DNA from: Candidatus Margulisiibacteriota bacterium
GTDB lineage: Bacteria; Margulisbacteria; Termititenacia; Termititenacales; Termititenacaceae
Assembly: GCA_031274525.1 (NCBI GenBank)
Contig: JAISQA010000077.1
Coordinates: 1,194-65,193, forward strand
Direction of reading: 5' to 3'
DNA length: 64,000 nucleotides
This document shows positions 1 through 8,906 of this stretch, one piece after another. Made by a program: the position numbers and the translations under genes. A model generated the notes under the pieces. It saw nothing but the letters and a program-made list of their open reading frames with translations, ran no database searches and had not been told where the DNA came from. Positions within the stretch are counted from its first letter, which is position 1. Every line of letters begins with the position of its first letter.

Positions 1-155
1 GATGAATGAATAGACATTATGCGGCTGAGCCTGCGCAAGCGCAGGACATCTGCATTCTGTTCTTCGCTGATTTTTACACGCTCCAGCAAGGCGTGTATTG
101 ACCCGATTTTGGCATACCATTCCGGCGATTCTGAAAAGAAAATTTCATCAGCCAT
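1..155 (-). CDS. hypothetical protein, N-terminal part (gene continues beyond window start)
   Basis: Open frame on minus strand starting with ATG at 153-155 (MADEIFFSESPEWYAKIGSIHALLERVK...) and running off the window edge. No recognisable family and no clear Shine-Dalgarno sequence. Confidence 0.25.
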   Translation of the reverse strand, partial: MADEIFFSESPEWYAKIGSIHALLERVKISEEQNADVLRLRRLSRIMSIHS

Positions 156-188
156 ACGAAATCATTTTAGCATAAAGCAGACCCAGGC

Positions 189-1616
189 TTAGGCAGCGCC
201 CACAAAATCTGCTATCGCCCGGGCCGCTCTTTTGCCCGCGCCCATAGCCAGAATGACCGTGGCTGCGCCGCTGGCGATGTCACCGCCGGCGTACACCCCA
301 GGTTTGGTGGTCTTGCCGCTGTCGTCCACTATTATATAACCTCTGTCCGTCGTCCCCAGCTCCGGCGTCGTGTCTTTGATAAGCGGATTGGCCTGGGTGC
401 CGACCGCGACAATCACCACATCAACCGGCAGCTCATACTCGCTGCCCGCCAGCGGCGCCGGCCGGCGCCGGCCGGAAGTATCCGGTTCACCCAGGGTCAT
501 TTTCTGAACCACAGCCGCCCGCACAAAACCCTTTGAGTCGCCGAGATACTGCACAGGATTACTTAGAAACAAAAACTCGATGCCTTCTTCACCGGCATGG
601 TGTATTTCCTCCTGCCGCGCCGGCATCTCCGCGCGCGACCGGCGGTAAATAAGCCTGACCCGGTCCGCGCCCAGCCGCCGGGCCGCACGCGCCGCGTCCA
701 GCGCCACATTGCCGCCGCCGATGACCGCCACTTGCTGCCCGCGCAGGATAGGTGTCTCCGCCTCCGGCCGGTAGGCTTTCATCAGATTCACTCTGGTCAG
801 ATACTCATTTGCGGAATACACGCCGTTTAAGTCCTCGCCGGGCAGTCCCATAAAGACCGGGAAACCCGCACCGCTGGCGATGTACACCGCTGCAAAACCC
901 TGCTCCCGCAGCAGCTCGTCTACAGTAAAAAGCCTGCCGATGACAGTATTCGTCTCGAACCGCACACCGGCGGCGGCCAGCGCGTCTATCTCCCGGCGGA
1001 CTATATTTTTGGGCAGCCGAAATTCCGGTATGCCATAGGCCAGCACGCCGCCCGGCTCGTGCAGAGCTTCATACACAGTCACCTTAAAACCCGCCGCGTT
1101 CAGCTCCGCCGCGCAGGTCAGACCGGAAGGGCCGGAGCCAACGACGGCAATTTTCCGGCCGCCGGGTTTGGCTGACACTTCGGTTTCGCTCAATGCGGAC
1201 ATGTCCGCGGCGGCGGCGGCCGGGACACCCGCCGCGGCCATAGCCGTATCCGCGGCAAATCTTTCCAGATTACCGATGGCCACCGGCTCGCCTTTTTTGC
1301 CCAGCACGCAGCGGCCTTCGCACTGGGTCTCCTGCGGACAGACCCGGCCGCAAACCGCCGGCAGATAATTATCCGCGCGGATAGTTTTATACGCCGCCGC
1401 AAAATCGCCGTCCCGGATCTGCTGGATAAACTGCGGTATCTGCACATTGACCGGACAGCCCGCGACACAGAACGGTTTGGGGCATTGCAGACAGCGGCTG
1501 GCCTCCAGCCGGGCCTGCTCCGGCGTATAATTAAAAGCCACTTCCTCAAAATTCCGGCTCCGGAGCTGCGGGGCCTGTTCTTTTTTGCGCTGTCCGGGTA
1601 TCTTTTCCGCCATGAC
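189..1616 (-). CDS. NADPH-dependent glutamate synthase beta-chain-like oxidoreductase (NfnB/SudA-type large subunit) with two 4Fe-4S Cys clusters and FAD/NAD(P) Rossmann motifs
   Basis: Carries the CLQCPKPFCVAGCPV...CGRVCPQETQCEGRC motif, GSGPSG and GGGNVALD dinucleotide-binding motifs, and the GltD-like C-terminus. The ORF-track start at 1727 overlaps the upstream gene, so I take the internal ATG (MAEKIPGQ) at 1616, which abuts the stop of the partner subunit. There is an Ala-rich insertion of about 35 aa between the Fe-S region and the Rossmann fold. Confidence 0.8.
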   Translation of the reverse strand, partial: VMAEKIPGQRKKEQAPQLRSRNFEEVAFNYTPEQARLEASRCLQCPKPFCVAGCPVNVQIPQFIQQIRDGDFAAAYKTIRADNYLPAVCGRVCPQETQCEGRCVLGKKGEPVAIGNLERFAADTAMAAAGVPAAAAADMSALSETEVSAKPGGRKIAVVGSGPSGLTCAAELNAAGFKVTVYEALHEPGGVLAYGIPEFRLPKNIVRREIDALAAAGVRFETNTVIGRLFTVDELLREQGFAAVYIASGAGFPVFMGLPGEDLNGVYSANEYLTRVNLMKAYRPEAETPILRGQQVAVIGGGNVALDAARAARRLGADRVRLIYRRSRAEMPARQEEIHHAGEEGIEFLFLSNPVQYLGDSKGFVRAAVVQKMTLGEPDTSGRRRPAPLAGSEYELPVDVVIVAVGTQANPLIKDTTPELGTTDRGYIIVDDSGKTTKPGVYAGGDIASGAATVILAMGAGKRAARAIADFVGAA

Positions 1617-1617
1617 T

Positions 1618-2442
1618 TCAACCCTGCAAATAGGCGGCGAGGCGGTCCTGTTCGGCGCGCTTATAAGTGCCGGCGCGGCTGAGCAAGGCGTCAAAATCGA
1701 CCTGATGTCCGTCAAACTCCGGGCCATGCACGCAGGTAAATTTCGTCACGCCGCCGATCCTGACCCGGCAGCTGCCGCACATGCCTGTGCCGTCGATCAT
1801 CAGACTATTCAAACTCACCACCGTGGGAATGGCATACTGTTTGGTCAGCGCGGCGACAAACTTCATCATTATCAGCGGGCCGATGGCAATAACTTTTTTA
1901 ATATCCATTTTACTATCGATAAGCCGCTGCAAAGCAGCGGTGACAAGGCCTTTAATTCCGGCCGAGCCGTCGTCGGTAGTGACAATTAATTCCGCGCTGA
2001 GCGCCGCAAATTCTTTCTGCATAATTATCAAATCTTTATGCCGCGCGCCCAGAATAGAAATAATTTTATTACCGGCCGCCTGAAAGCCGCCGGCTATCGG
2101 ATACAGCGGGGCTATGCCCACCCCGCCGCCAACCACGACCACCGTGCCAAGTTTCTCGATATGCGTCGGCAGACCAAGCGGGCCGGCAATATCTTTAATG
2201 GCGCCGCCAGCCGGCAGCCGCGCCAGCTGATGCGTGGTCTTGCCGACAGTCTGCACGACTAGATCAATGGTGCCGGCCGCAGTATCTTTATCCGCGATAG
2301 TCAGCGGAATACGCTCGCCAGCCTCATCGATACGCAGAATGATGAATTGACCGGGCTGATGTTTGCGGGCAATCTCCGGCGCCTCTACAGTCAGGCGGTA
2401 AACGGCGGGAGAAAGCTGACAGGTAGATTTAATAACCGGCAT
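1618..2442 (-). CDS. NfnA/SudB/PyrK-like ferredoxin-NADP(+) reductase small subunit (FAD/NAD-binding, C-terminal 2Fe-2S Cys cluster)
   Basis: Size of 274 aa fits this family. It has an N-terminal flavin-binding beta-barrel motif (RLTVEAPEIARKHQPGQF), a glycine-rich NAD(P)-binding segment (VVVGGGVGIAPL) and a C-terminal CGSCRV...C cluster. It lies immediately upstream of, and is adjacent within 1 nt to, the large subunit, consistent with a two-gene operon. Confidence 0.8.
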   Translation of the reverse strand: MPVIKSTCQLSPAVYRLTVEAPEIARKHQPGQFIILRIDEAGERIPLTIADKDTAAGTIDLVVQTVGKTTHQLARLPAGGAIKDIAGPLGLPTHIEKLGTVVVVGGGVGIAPLYPIAGGFQAAGNKIISILGARHKDLIIMQKEFAALSAELIVTTDDGSAGIKGLVTAALQRLIDSKMDIKKVIAIGPLIMMKFVAALTKQYAIPTVVSLNSLMIDGTGMCGSCRVRIGGVTKFTCVHGPEFDGHQVDFDALLSRAGTYKRAEQDRLAAYLQG

Positions 2443-2480
2443 CTGGCAAAAATTTCCCCGCTTGAATAGAGTGAAAATAT

Positions 2481-2786
2481 TTATGCGGACGATCTCTCAT
2501 GGCAGAAATAATAGTACGAATGTCCGGAAAAATCTATGCGCTCCTCAAGCGGGGCTGTAAAATTAATTGCCTGAAACTCCCCGCTGTCCATATTTACGAA
2601 CACATTCTCATCTTTCGGCAATTCCGTATACTTCGCCAGAACAGCCTCCCACCATTTACGCTGATAGAATTTATGCAAATCCCTGCCGCTCAGATTCTCG
2701 ATCAGCTCCGCCAGATATTTGTGCGGGATCTTTTCGTCCAGCGTCGCCTCGCTCAGGGTGTCCTCGTCCTTAAAATCAAAGTTCAC
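2481..2786 (-). CDS. hypothetical protein
   Basis: 101-aa ORF with no recognisable motifs. It is co-oriented with the accessory tail-collar gene downstream. Confidence 0.35.
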   Translation of the reverse strand: MNFDFKDEDTLSEATLDEKIPHKYLAELIENLSGRDLHKFYQRKWWEAVLAKYTELPKDENVFVNMDSGEFQAINFTAPLEERIDFSGHSYYYFCHERSSA

Positions 2787-2824
2787 GGCTCCCGGAGCCA
2801 GCTCCGCGGGGAGCCCGCGCTAAA

Positions 2825-3586
2825 TCAGGCTACTCGCATAATATAAATTAACGTGTAATAACCCGGCACGGTGGACACCGCGGTTATTTCGGCATCAGCT
2901 TTCCCCGCGCTGGCATTGGTGATAGTAACACTGCCCGCTAAAGTATGTTTATGCGTATTGGTGGAGATAAAAGCTGTTCCATCCGGAGCTTTTTCATAAT
3001 AGTTATCATTAGCATATTTCGCATTTCTGCCAGCTATTTGATACGAGCCTGGCAATCCATCAGTATTTTGAGATCCCCATGAACCTCCTCTCAAAGAATG
3101 TCCATGCGTATGATCAGCAACACTCAGGGTATTTGCTATAGTATTGGCATGAGTGTGACCGGGCAGGTGATTGGTTGTTAATTTTACGCTATCCGCCCCG
3201 CCAGTACCCCCGGACGTCGCGCCGCCGCGGACAAATTTATTCACCAGATTTGGTGTGCCATTACTACCGTCGCATTTGTACCAGCCCGGCAGCGTGCTGT
3301 TATTTACCCAGCCGCTTCCGCTATACATCAGGATAGTCCCCACGGGCAGTTTGGCCTGTACATCGCCGGTGTTGGCTTTGGCGGCTAAAGCCGTGTATAC
3401 CGCTTTAGATGTGGGATATTCGGTGTCCGAGGTACTGGATATGCTGGTTTTTTTGTTGCTGGCGTCTTCTTTCAAGGCCAGCGCGCTGGTCATATCGCTG
3501 GCATTGGCTTTGAGGTCCAGTGCGGCTTCCACGTCGCTGGCTTTCATCTGTTTTCCCGCGGCTATTCCTGAATATTTTTCGGCCAT
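2825..3586 (-). CDS. phage tail-collar domain protein (MdpB-like)
   Basis: Motifs LPGWYKCDGSNGTPNLVNKFVRGG ... NHLPGHTH are typical of the phage tail collar domain. The N-terminal half is low-complexity and Ala/Ser/Thr-rich. I take the start at the second ATG (MAEKYSG), which sits 8 nt after a GGGAGG Shine-Dalgarno. Confidence 0.6.
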   Translation of the reverse strand: MAEKYSGIAAGKQMKASDVEAALDLKANASDMTSALALKEDASNKKTSISSTSDTEYPTSKAVYTALAAKANTGDVQAKLPVGTILMYSGSGWVNNSTLPGWYKCDGSNGTPNLVNKFVRGGATSGGTGGADSVKLTTNHLPGHTHANTIANTLSVADHTHGHSLRGGSWGSQNTDGLPGSYQIAGRNAKYANDNYYEKAPDGTAFISTNTHKHTLAGSVTITNASAGKADAEITAVSTVPGYYTLIYIMRVA

Positions 3587-3727
3587 ATGCATGTCCTCCC
3601 GGATTGATTTTTACTGACTGATCCAGCCTAGCATAAATATAGATAAAAGTCTATAAAATTTAATGAATACAATCTATAAAGAAATGCCGACTAAATAACT
3701 AAGCTCTACAAAATAAGGAGGCGCTTT

Positions 3728-4114
3728 ATGGATGGTGTTATCACGGATGGAGATTTGAAGCTGTTGATTAGCAGAAAACTGCGCCTGCTCAGAGAAAAAA
3801 GCAAAAAAACACTGGAAAACACCGCGGAAGATTTGAACTTAGATTATGCGCAATACTGCCGGATGTTAAAAGGAAATAGCCTGCCGCATCTGGTGACGCT
3901 GGCCAATATCAGTAAATTTTATAATCTGGATATAAACTGGTGGTTCAAGGGTCTGGAAGAGCGTGCCCCGGATAAGGCCAGAATTTACGAAAAAGCGGTG
4001 GAGTTTGAATTGGCGAGCAGTTTCAAAAAATTAGATATGCAGACCAAAGAGATCATTCTGGGCATGATAAACAATCTGACCCGTAAGCGCAAAAAATACA
4101 CGCGCCGGAAATAA
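3728..4114 (+). CDS. XRE-family helix-turn-helix transcriptional regulator
   Basis: AAGGAGG Shine-Dalgarno 7 nt upstream of the ATG. An HTH_3-like segment (KLRLLREKSKKTLENTAEDLNLDYAQYCRMLKGNSLPHLVTLANISKFYNLDINWWF) is present. The gene is AT-richer than its surroundings. Confidence 0.55.
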   Translation: MDGVITDGDLKLLISRKLRLLREKSKKTLENTAEDLNLDYAQYCRMLKGNSLPHLVTLANISKFYNLDINWWFKGLEERAPDKARIYEKAVEFELASSFKKLDMQTKEIILGMINNLTRKRKKYTRRK

Positions 4115-4230
4115 TTGCGTTTTACGGTGCATAGCACTGTATCGCTGTCCAATAAGAATTCTATAATTTTGTGCTTGTATGCGCTTTAATTGACATCGAT
4201 AGCCAGTAAAGTGTATAATTAATGCCAGTT

Positions 4231-4270
4231 AAGGGAGCACTGCGGAGCAGGACTCCCTTTATTATTTTGT
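4231..4270 (+). terminator. rho-independent terminator candidate after the HTH gene
   Basis: GC stem AAGGGAG..(loop with inner CTGC/GCAG pairing)..CTCCCTT followed by TATTATTTTGT. Confidence 0.4.
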
Positions 4271-5059
4271 CGGTTCTAATTGCTTTTCTAATATTTGCCA
4301 GGTTGCAGGAATTTTAGTCAGTTGGACCTTGTTTTTTATCACGCTAAAATCTAAGTAAGGTTTTTTATGCAGTAAAAAACGTCCGATTGGCGTTACAACT
4401 AGATCAGCAAGCTGTAACCCGGAAATATTTTCCTCCTTTTTAACCGGTTTGCAAAATTTGACCAGCCTGGAAATTTTTGAGGCGGATGATTCAAGGAACA
4501 AGTAGTTTGCCAGTAATTGCTTGTCTAATTCTTTATTTCTGCTTTCCGCGATAAAATCTATCGGTTCATTTAATCCCAGCTCTTGATAGGCAGTGCACGC
4601 GCTGTCTGCCAGCGGTTTAACAGATAATAAATAGGTATCTGGAGCTATTTCTTTATAATGTGCTAAATGATCCGGTTTACTTACCGCAATTGCCATAATC
4701 TTAAAATCAACACTTTTTATGAGATTTTCCAGGTCTCTAAAAAAATTATTACGCTTATCCGCGTCGCAAAACGGATAATAAACCGAGTTTTTATCTCTTG
4801 GGCGTAAGAAATCAATTGTGTGCAGAATAACGCTGGTGCGGCCGAAATGTTTTATTTTCAGATCGTTTAATAATTTTGTTAGTTTTTGGTCATGTTCTGC
4901 CTTGCTTAGCAATACCCCGCAAAGTATAAATATCGGATAATTCTGGTCTATCTTTAGGACATGGTCGCCAGATTCGTCTATATACAGGGAATACTTCATT
5001 GGCTGATTATATATTATTAAGTGGAACGGTAGAACATCATTCGATTTCAATCGAAACAT
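4262..5059 (-). CDS. DUF3800-family protein
   Basis: Contains the YIDESGD signature near the N-terminus (MKYSLYIDESGDH...), which is characteristic of DUF3800. The true start is probably the internal ATG at 4999 (MKYSLY). The gene is AT-rich with Lys/Asn/Ile-rich codon usage. Confidence 0.5.
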   Translation of the reverse strand: MFRLKSNDVLPFHLIIYNQPMKYSLYIDESGDHVLKIDQNYPIFILCGVLLSKAEHDQKLTKLLNDLKIKHFGRTSVILHTIDFLRPRDKNSVYYPFCDADKRNNFFRDLENLIKSVDFKIMAIAVSKPDHLAHYKEIAPDTYLLSVKPLADSACTAYQELGLNEPIDFIAESRNKELDKQLLANYLFLESSASKISRLVKFCKPVKKEENISGLQLADLVVTPIGRFLLHKKPYLDFSVIKNKVQLTKIPATWQILEKQLEPTK

Positions 5060-5079
5060 TTCGCTTGTGAAAAAAAAAG

Positions 5080-6219
5080 TTACAGCTTATACAAATTATG
5101 CATATCCTCCGCCAGTCTGGTTACTGCGTATAATTTCAGGATTTTACTCTGCGCTGCTTTACCGAGGCTTCTGCGCAGCGCCGCATTCCGGCTTAGCTCG
5201 ATAATTCTGTCCGCGAACACTTCCGGCTGGTTTTGCGGGCAGAGATAGCCGCTGATATTATTTTTGACAATATCCGGCACACCGCCGACTTCCGTGCTGA
5301 CTACCGGTTTGGCGCAGGCCATAGCCTCGATGAGCGTGACCGGTGTGCCCTCATTGCGCGAGGTCAGCACGACTATATCCAGATCCCCGTAGATTTTTTC
5401 CGGCTCCCGCAAAAATCCGGGCAAGAAAACCCTATCTTTCAGGCCTTTCAATTCCGCGGAACATTCCAGCTGCCGGCGCAGCTCGCCGTCGCCGATGATG
5501 ATAAACCTTATATTGTCCGTTTTGGCGCAGACAGCGGCGGCTATTTCCAGAAAATATTCAAAGTTTTTGACCGGCGTTAATCTGCCGACAATGCCGACCA
5601 GAATAGTGTCCGGCGGCAGGCCGTATTTCTTGTGCCAGCGTTTATTTTCCGGGAGGTTCTGGAATTTTTCCAGCTCAAACCCCAGCCGGATGACCGTGAT
5701 CTTTTCCGGTTTGGCGATGCCGTAATTGACCAGCTCGGCTTTTTGTTTATCAGAGACGGCGATAATTCTGGTGGTGCCCGGCGCCAGCAGTTTTTCGATA
5801 AGCATAAAAACCCGGCTTTTTAGCCGGCCAAAATAGCTGTGAAAAATATGCCCGTGAAAAGTGTGATAGATTTTTTTTACACCGGCCAGTCTGGCGGCCA
5901 GACGTCCGACCGTGCCGGCTTTGGCGGTGTGGGTGTGGACGATGTCCGGTTTTTCCCGGCGGATTATCCGGTAGAGCCGCCAGATAGTTTTGAGGTCTTT
6001 GCAGAAGCTGATTTCCCGCCCCAGTTCCGGCAGGACCAGCGTGCGCAGGTTTTTGTCTGCGGCCAGATATTCCATAGAGCCTTCCCCGGCGGCCAGCGAG
6101 CCGTAGACCAGCAGGGATTCATAACCGTAATTTTTGTCCAGATAATAATTGAGATTTGTGACATGTATCGCCGGGCCGCCGACATTGAGCCGGGCGATAA
6201 TGCGCAGGATCTTTGTCAT
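5080..6219 (-). CDS. glycosyltransferase family 4 (GT-B fold)
   Basis: N-terminal RLNVGGPAIHV motif and C-terminal GT1/GT4 nucleotide-sugar-binding region (EGTPVTLIEAMACAKPVVSTEVGG). It overlaps the upstream epimerase gene by 4 nt. Confidence 0.75.
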   Translation of the reverse strand: MTKILRIIARLNVGGPAIHVTNLNYYLDKNYGYESLLVYGSLAAGEGSMEYLAADKNLRTLVLPELGREISFCKDLKTIWRLYRIIRREKPDIVHTHTAKAGTVGRLAARLAGVKKIYHTFHGHIFHSYFGRLKSRVFMLIEKLLAPGTTRIIAVSDKQKAELVNYGIAKPEKITVIRLGFELEKFQNLPENKRWHKKYGLPPDTILVGIVGRLTPVKNFEYFLEIAAAVCAKTDNIRFIIIGDGELRRQLECSAELKGLKDRVFLPGFLREPEKIYGDLDIVVLTSRNEGTPVTLIEAMACAKPVVSTEVGGVPDIVKNNISGYLCPQNQPEVFADRIIELSRNAALRRSLGKAAQSKILKLYAVTRLAEDMHNLYKL

Positions 6220-7193
6220 AGGCTGCCGGACGGACTGCCCTGAACGCTTGCGGCAAGGGAAGCCCTGGCATAAAACTCAATGGTTTTGGCCAGACCTGCG
6301 TCAAAAGACACCAGCGGTTTGTAACCGAGCAGTTTTTCCGCTTTGCTGATGTCGGCCAGCGAGTGTTTGACATCCCCGGCGCGCTCCGCCGCGTACCGAG
6401 CGGTGATGTTTTTGCCGAAATACTTATTGATCTTTGCCACCAGCTGATTGAGGGATATTTCATAGCCGCAGGCGATATTGATAATCTGGCCGGCGGCGGC
6501 CGGGGGCGCAGCGCAGGCCAGCAGATTAGCCTGCACATTGTTGTCCACATAGGTGAAGTCCCGCGAGGTCAGCCCATCGCCGAAAATTACCGGCGGTGTG
6601 TCCTGCCCGATGGCCTTGATAAAGAGCGGAATGACCGCGGAATAGACAGAACAGGGATCCTGCCGGGGGCCGAAAACATTAAAATAACGCAGGATCACCG
6701 TCTCCAGTCCGTACAGAGCGCTGAAATTCTGGCAGTACAGCTCGCCGGCCAGTTTTTGAATAGCGTAGGGCGATTTGGGCCGGGTTTCCATGGTTTCCAC
6801 TTTGGGCATTACGGGCGAGTCGCCGTAAGCCGAGGACGACGCGGCGTACACCAGCCGTTTGGTTTTGGCGTCGCGCGCGGCGAGCAGCAGATTGAGCGTG
6901 CCGGTGATATTGGCGGCGTTGGTTTTGAGCGGGTCATCCACGGAGCGCGGCACGGAAGGTATGGCTCCGTGATGCAGGATATAATCCATGCTGTCCGCCG
7001 CCTTGCGGCAGGCCTTCAGGTCGGTCAGGTCCGCCTGTTGGAAGTCTATTTTACCCAGAAATGGCTCAATATTGGCTTTTTGGCCGGTGGCCAGATTGTC
7101 CAGCACGCGCACGGTGTCGCCGTTGTCGAGCAGGGCCTGGACTAGATTGGAGCCGATGAAGCCCGCTCCGCCAGTGACCAGAAATTTAGCCAT
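6216..7193 (-). CDS. NAD-dependent epimerase/dehydratase (UDP-sugar 4-epimerase-like short-chain dehydrogenase)
   Basis: N-terminal GGAGFIGSN Rossmann motif and the YAASSSAYG...YAIQK catalytic S/YxxxK arrangement. Confidence 0.8.
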   Translation of the reverse strand: MAKFLVTGGAGFIGSNLVQALLDNGDTVRVLDNLATGQKANIEPFLGKIDFQQADLTDLKACRKAADSMDYILHHGAIPSVPRSVDDPLKTNAANITGTLNLLLAARDAKTKRLVYAASSSAYGDSPVMPKVETMETRPKSPYAIQKLAGELYCQNFSALYGLETVILRYFNVFGPRQDPCSVYSAVIPLFIKAIGQDTPPVIFGDGLTSRDFTYVDNNVQANLLACAAPPAAAGQIINIACGYEISLNQLVAKINKYFGKNITARYAAERAGDVKHSLADISKAEKLLGYKPLVSFDAGLAKTIEFYARASLAASVQGSPSGSL

Positions 7194-8007
7194 TAAGTCC
7201 TCCGAAGTTTATCAGATTAAATTTATTGTAAATCATAGCGAAGAACTCCGGGTTTGTCATTAAAACGTACTCCTGCGCGGATATACCGGTGATCGCGGTC
7301 GGCGTATTATCCGCAGCGGCCAGCGGATGACACATGTACTCGGTGTTGTGCCGGGCCTGGCGCAAAATTAAGCGCAGGTGTTTCCCGGTCAGCTCCGCGG
7401 GCAGGGGCCAGAGCGCAAACACAGAAGTCAGGGCGCGGTTGGTCTGGACGCGGAGCAGTCTAGCTAGAAGACTGTTCCAGCGGCCGAAACAGAGAGAGAT
7501 AAATTTCCGCCAGAGCCGCTTGGCATCAGCGGGGTCGAACGGGTCGTATTTATTGAAAATAGTTTTTTCCAGCACCAGCCTGAGCGGGATGTTTTTCGCG
7601 CGGGCGAAGCGGGCAAATAAGGGAAATAATTGCGGCCAGTTGTGAATGTGCTGATGACTGTCCAGATGCGTCGGGGTCAGGCCGAAGTCCAGCATTTTCT
7701 GGTACTGGCGCGCCAGCTCGTCCTGAATAAATTTTTTTTTGATCTGTCCTTTTAGCAGCTGCCGTTCAAAATCGCCGCGATTTTTAAAGCAAGTCCCGGG
7801 CGGAGTCGAGGGGCTGCCCAGCGTCAGATTGAAATGCAGTCCGACGGGGATCCTGTCCCGCTTGGCCAGGTCGGCGGCGGCTTTGGAGTCCGGCAGGTCG
7901 ACCAGCAGCGTGGCCGAGGAAATGACGCCTTTTTTGTAAAGCTCCGCTATCGCTTTATTGGCGCTGGCGCTAATCCCGAAATCATCGGCGTTGATGATAA
8001 TATTCAT
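7186..8007 (-). CDS. ChbG/YdjC/HpnK-family carbohydrate deacetylase
   Basis: N-terminal NADDFGIS motif and HLDSHQHIH metal-binding motif typical of the YdjC family. It overlaps the epimerase gene by 8 nt, giving a three-gene operon with the GT4 gene. Confidence 0.7.
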   Translation of the reverse strand: MNIIINADDFGISASANKAIAELYKKGVISSATLLVDLPDSKAAADLAKRDRIPVGLHFNLTLGSPSTPPGTCFKNRGDFERQLLKGQIKKKFIQDELARQYQKMLDFGLTPTHLDSHQHIHNWPQLFPLFARFARAKNIPLRLVLEKTIFNKYDPFDPADAKRLWRKFISLCFGRWNSLLARLLRVQTNRALTSVFALWPLPAELTGKHLRLILRQARHNTEYMCHPLAAADNTPTAITGISAQEYVLMTNPEFFAMIYNKFNLINFGGLNG

Positions 8008-8069
8008 AAGACTAAAGATTATAGTTGATTTATGCTAAAATTCAAAAATCAAATTGGAGGGCGCATAAG

Positions 8070-8678
8070 ATGAAAAAATTCCGGGTGGTTTTCCTGAGCG
8101 CAGTCTGTCTGTCGCTGGCTTTTGCGGATGTTGTGCTGCCCCCGCCGGTCAAAAGCGACGGGCCTGGCCTCTGGACTCTGCTGGAGCGGCGGGCTTCCGG
8201 CACGCGCAATGCTTTTCCCGCCGGCGCGGTGTCCGATGCAGAGCTGGCTTCTATATTATGGGCGGCGACCGGCCGCAACCGCGGCGGACAGGGCTGGACA
8301 GTGCCGGTGGGTATGGGACGTCCTCCGCATGTCAAAGTGTACGCCGTGAAAAACAACGGCGCCTACCTCTATGACTGGCAGAAGCATGCGCTGGTCGAGG
8401 TAAATAATAAGAACGTAAAAGCGGAAGTGACCGCGGATGATTTTGTCCGGAATTCTTCCGTTATTCTGGTGTTCGTGGCGGATACCGCCGCTAACCAGCG
8501 GGCGGAAATGGATAATATTCTGGCCGGGGCGATGAGCCAGAATGTGTATCTGGCGGCGGACGCGCTGGGCATCAAGACCCGTTATCTGATGACGCTCAAT
8601 GCCGCCGGGATACGGCAGGGATTGAAACTAAATAAAACAGACACGCCCTTATGTATTATGCCGCTGGGAAAAAAATAG
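8070..8678 (+). CDS. nitroreductase-family protein (SagB-type-like) with predicted N-terminal signal peptide
   Basis: GGAGG Shine-Dalgarno 10 nt before the ATG at 8070. MKKFRVVFLSAVCLSLAFA looks like a signal peptide. The core has nitroreductase-fold motifs (RRASGTRNAF...ASILWAATG). Confidence 0.55.
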   Translation: MKKFRVVFLSAVCLSLAFADVVLPPPVKSDGPGLWTLLERRASGTRNAFPAGAVSDAELASILWAATGRNRGGQGWTVPVGMGRPPHVKVYAVKNNGAYLYDWQKHALVEVNNKNVKAEVTADDFVRNSSVILVFVADTAANQRAEMDNILAGAMSQNVYLAADALGIKTRYLMTLNAAGIRQGLKLNKTDTPLCIMPLGKK

Positions 8679-8906
8679 AATAACAGAATTATCCGGCTCG
8701 CGCTACCTGAGGGGGAAATTCTTATCTACAAAACTTAAACTATGCTCCCCGCTTTCGTCCAAGAAGTAATAATATTTCATTTACATATCATAACTTAATG
8801 AGTTAGTTAGACAATTAAGCCGCTTGTTCCCGCCTAAAAAAATGGGCTGATTGTCCGGAATCTTCGATAAACTAAGTGAACGGGGTTAAGCGAGAGGGTT
8901 GTTTTT

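Noticed and set aside
597-2262. Short plus-strand ORFs (597..830, 1168..1368, 1485..1682, 1585..1989, 1781..2083, 2038..2262) over the nfnAB genes
   Set aside because: They are antisense to or overlap conserved oxidoreductase subunits. They have no Shine-Dalgarno sequences or motifs.
2499-2846. 115-aa plus-strand ORF overlapping the 2481..2786 minus-strand hypothetical
   Set aside because: Either strand could be real. I kept the minus-strand call because it is co-oriented with and 38 nt from the tail-collar gene, but confidence is low for both.
6363-7145. 260-aa plus-strand ORF inside the epimerase gene
   Set aside because: It is antisense to the GGAGFIGS epimerase, with low-complexity Gly/Arg composition.
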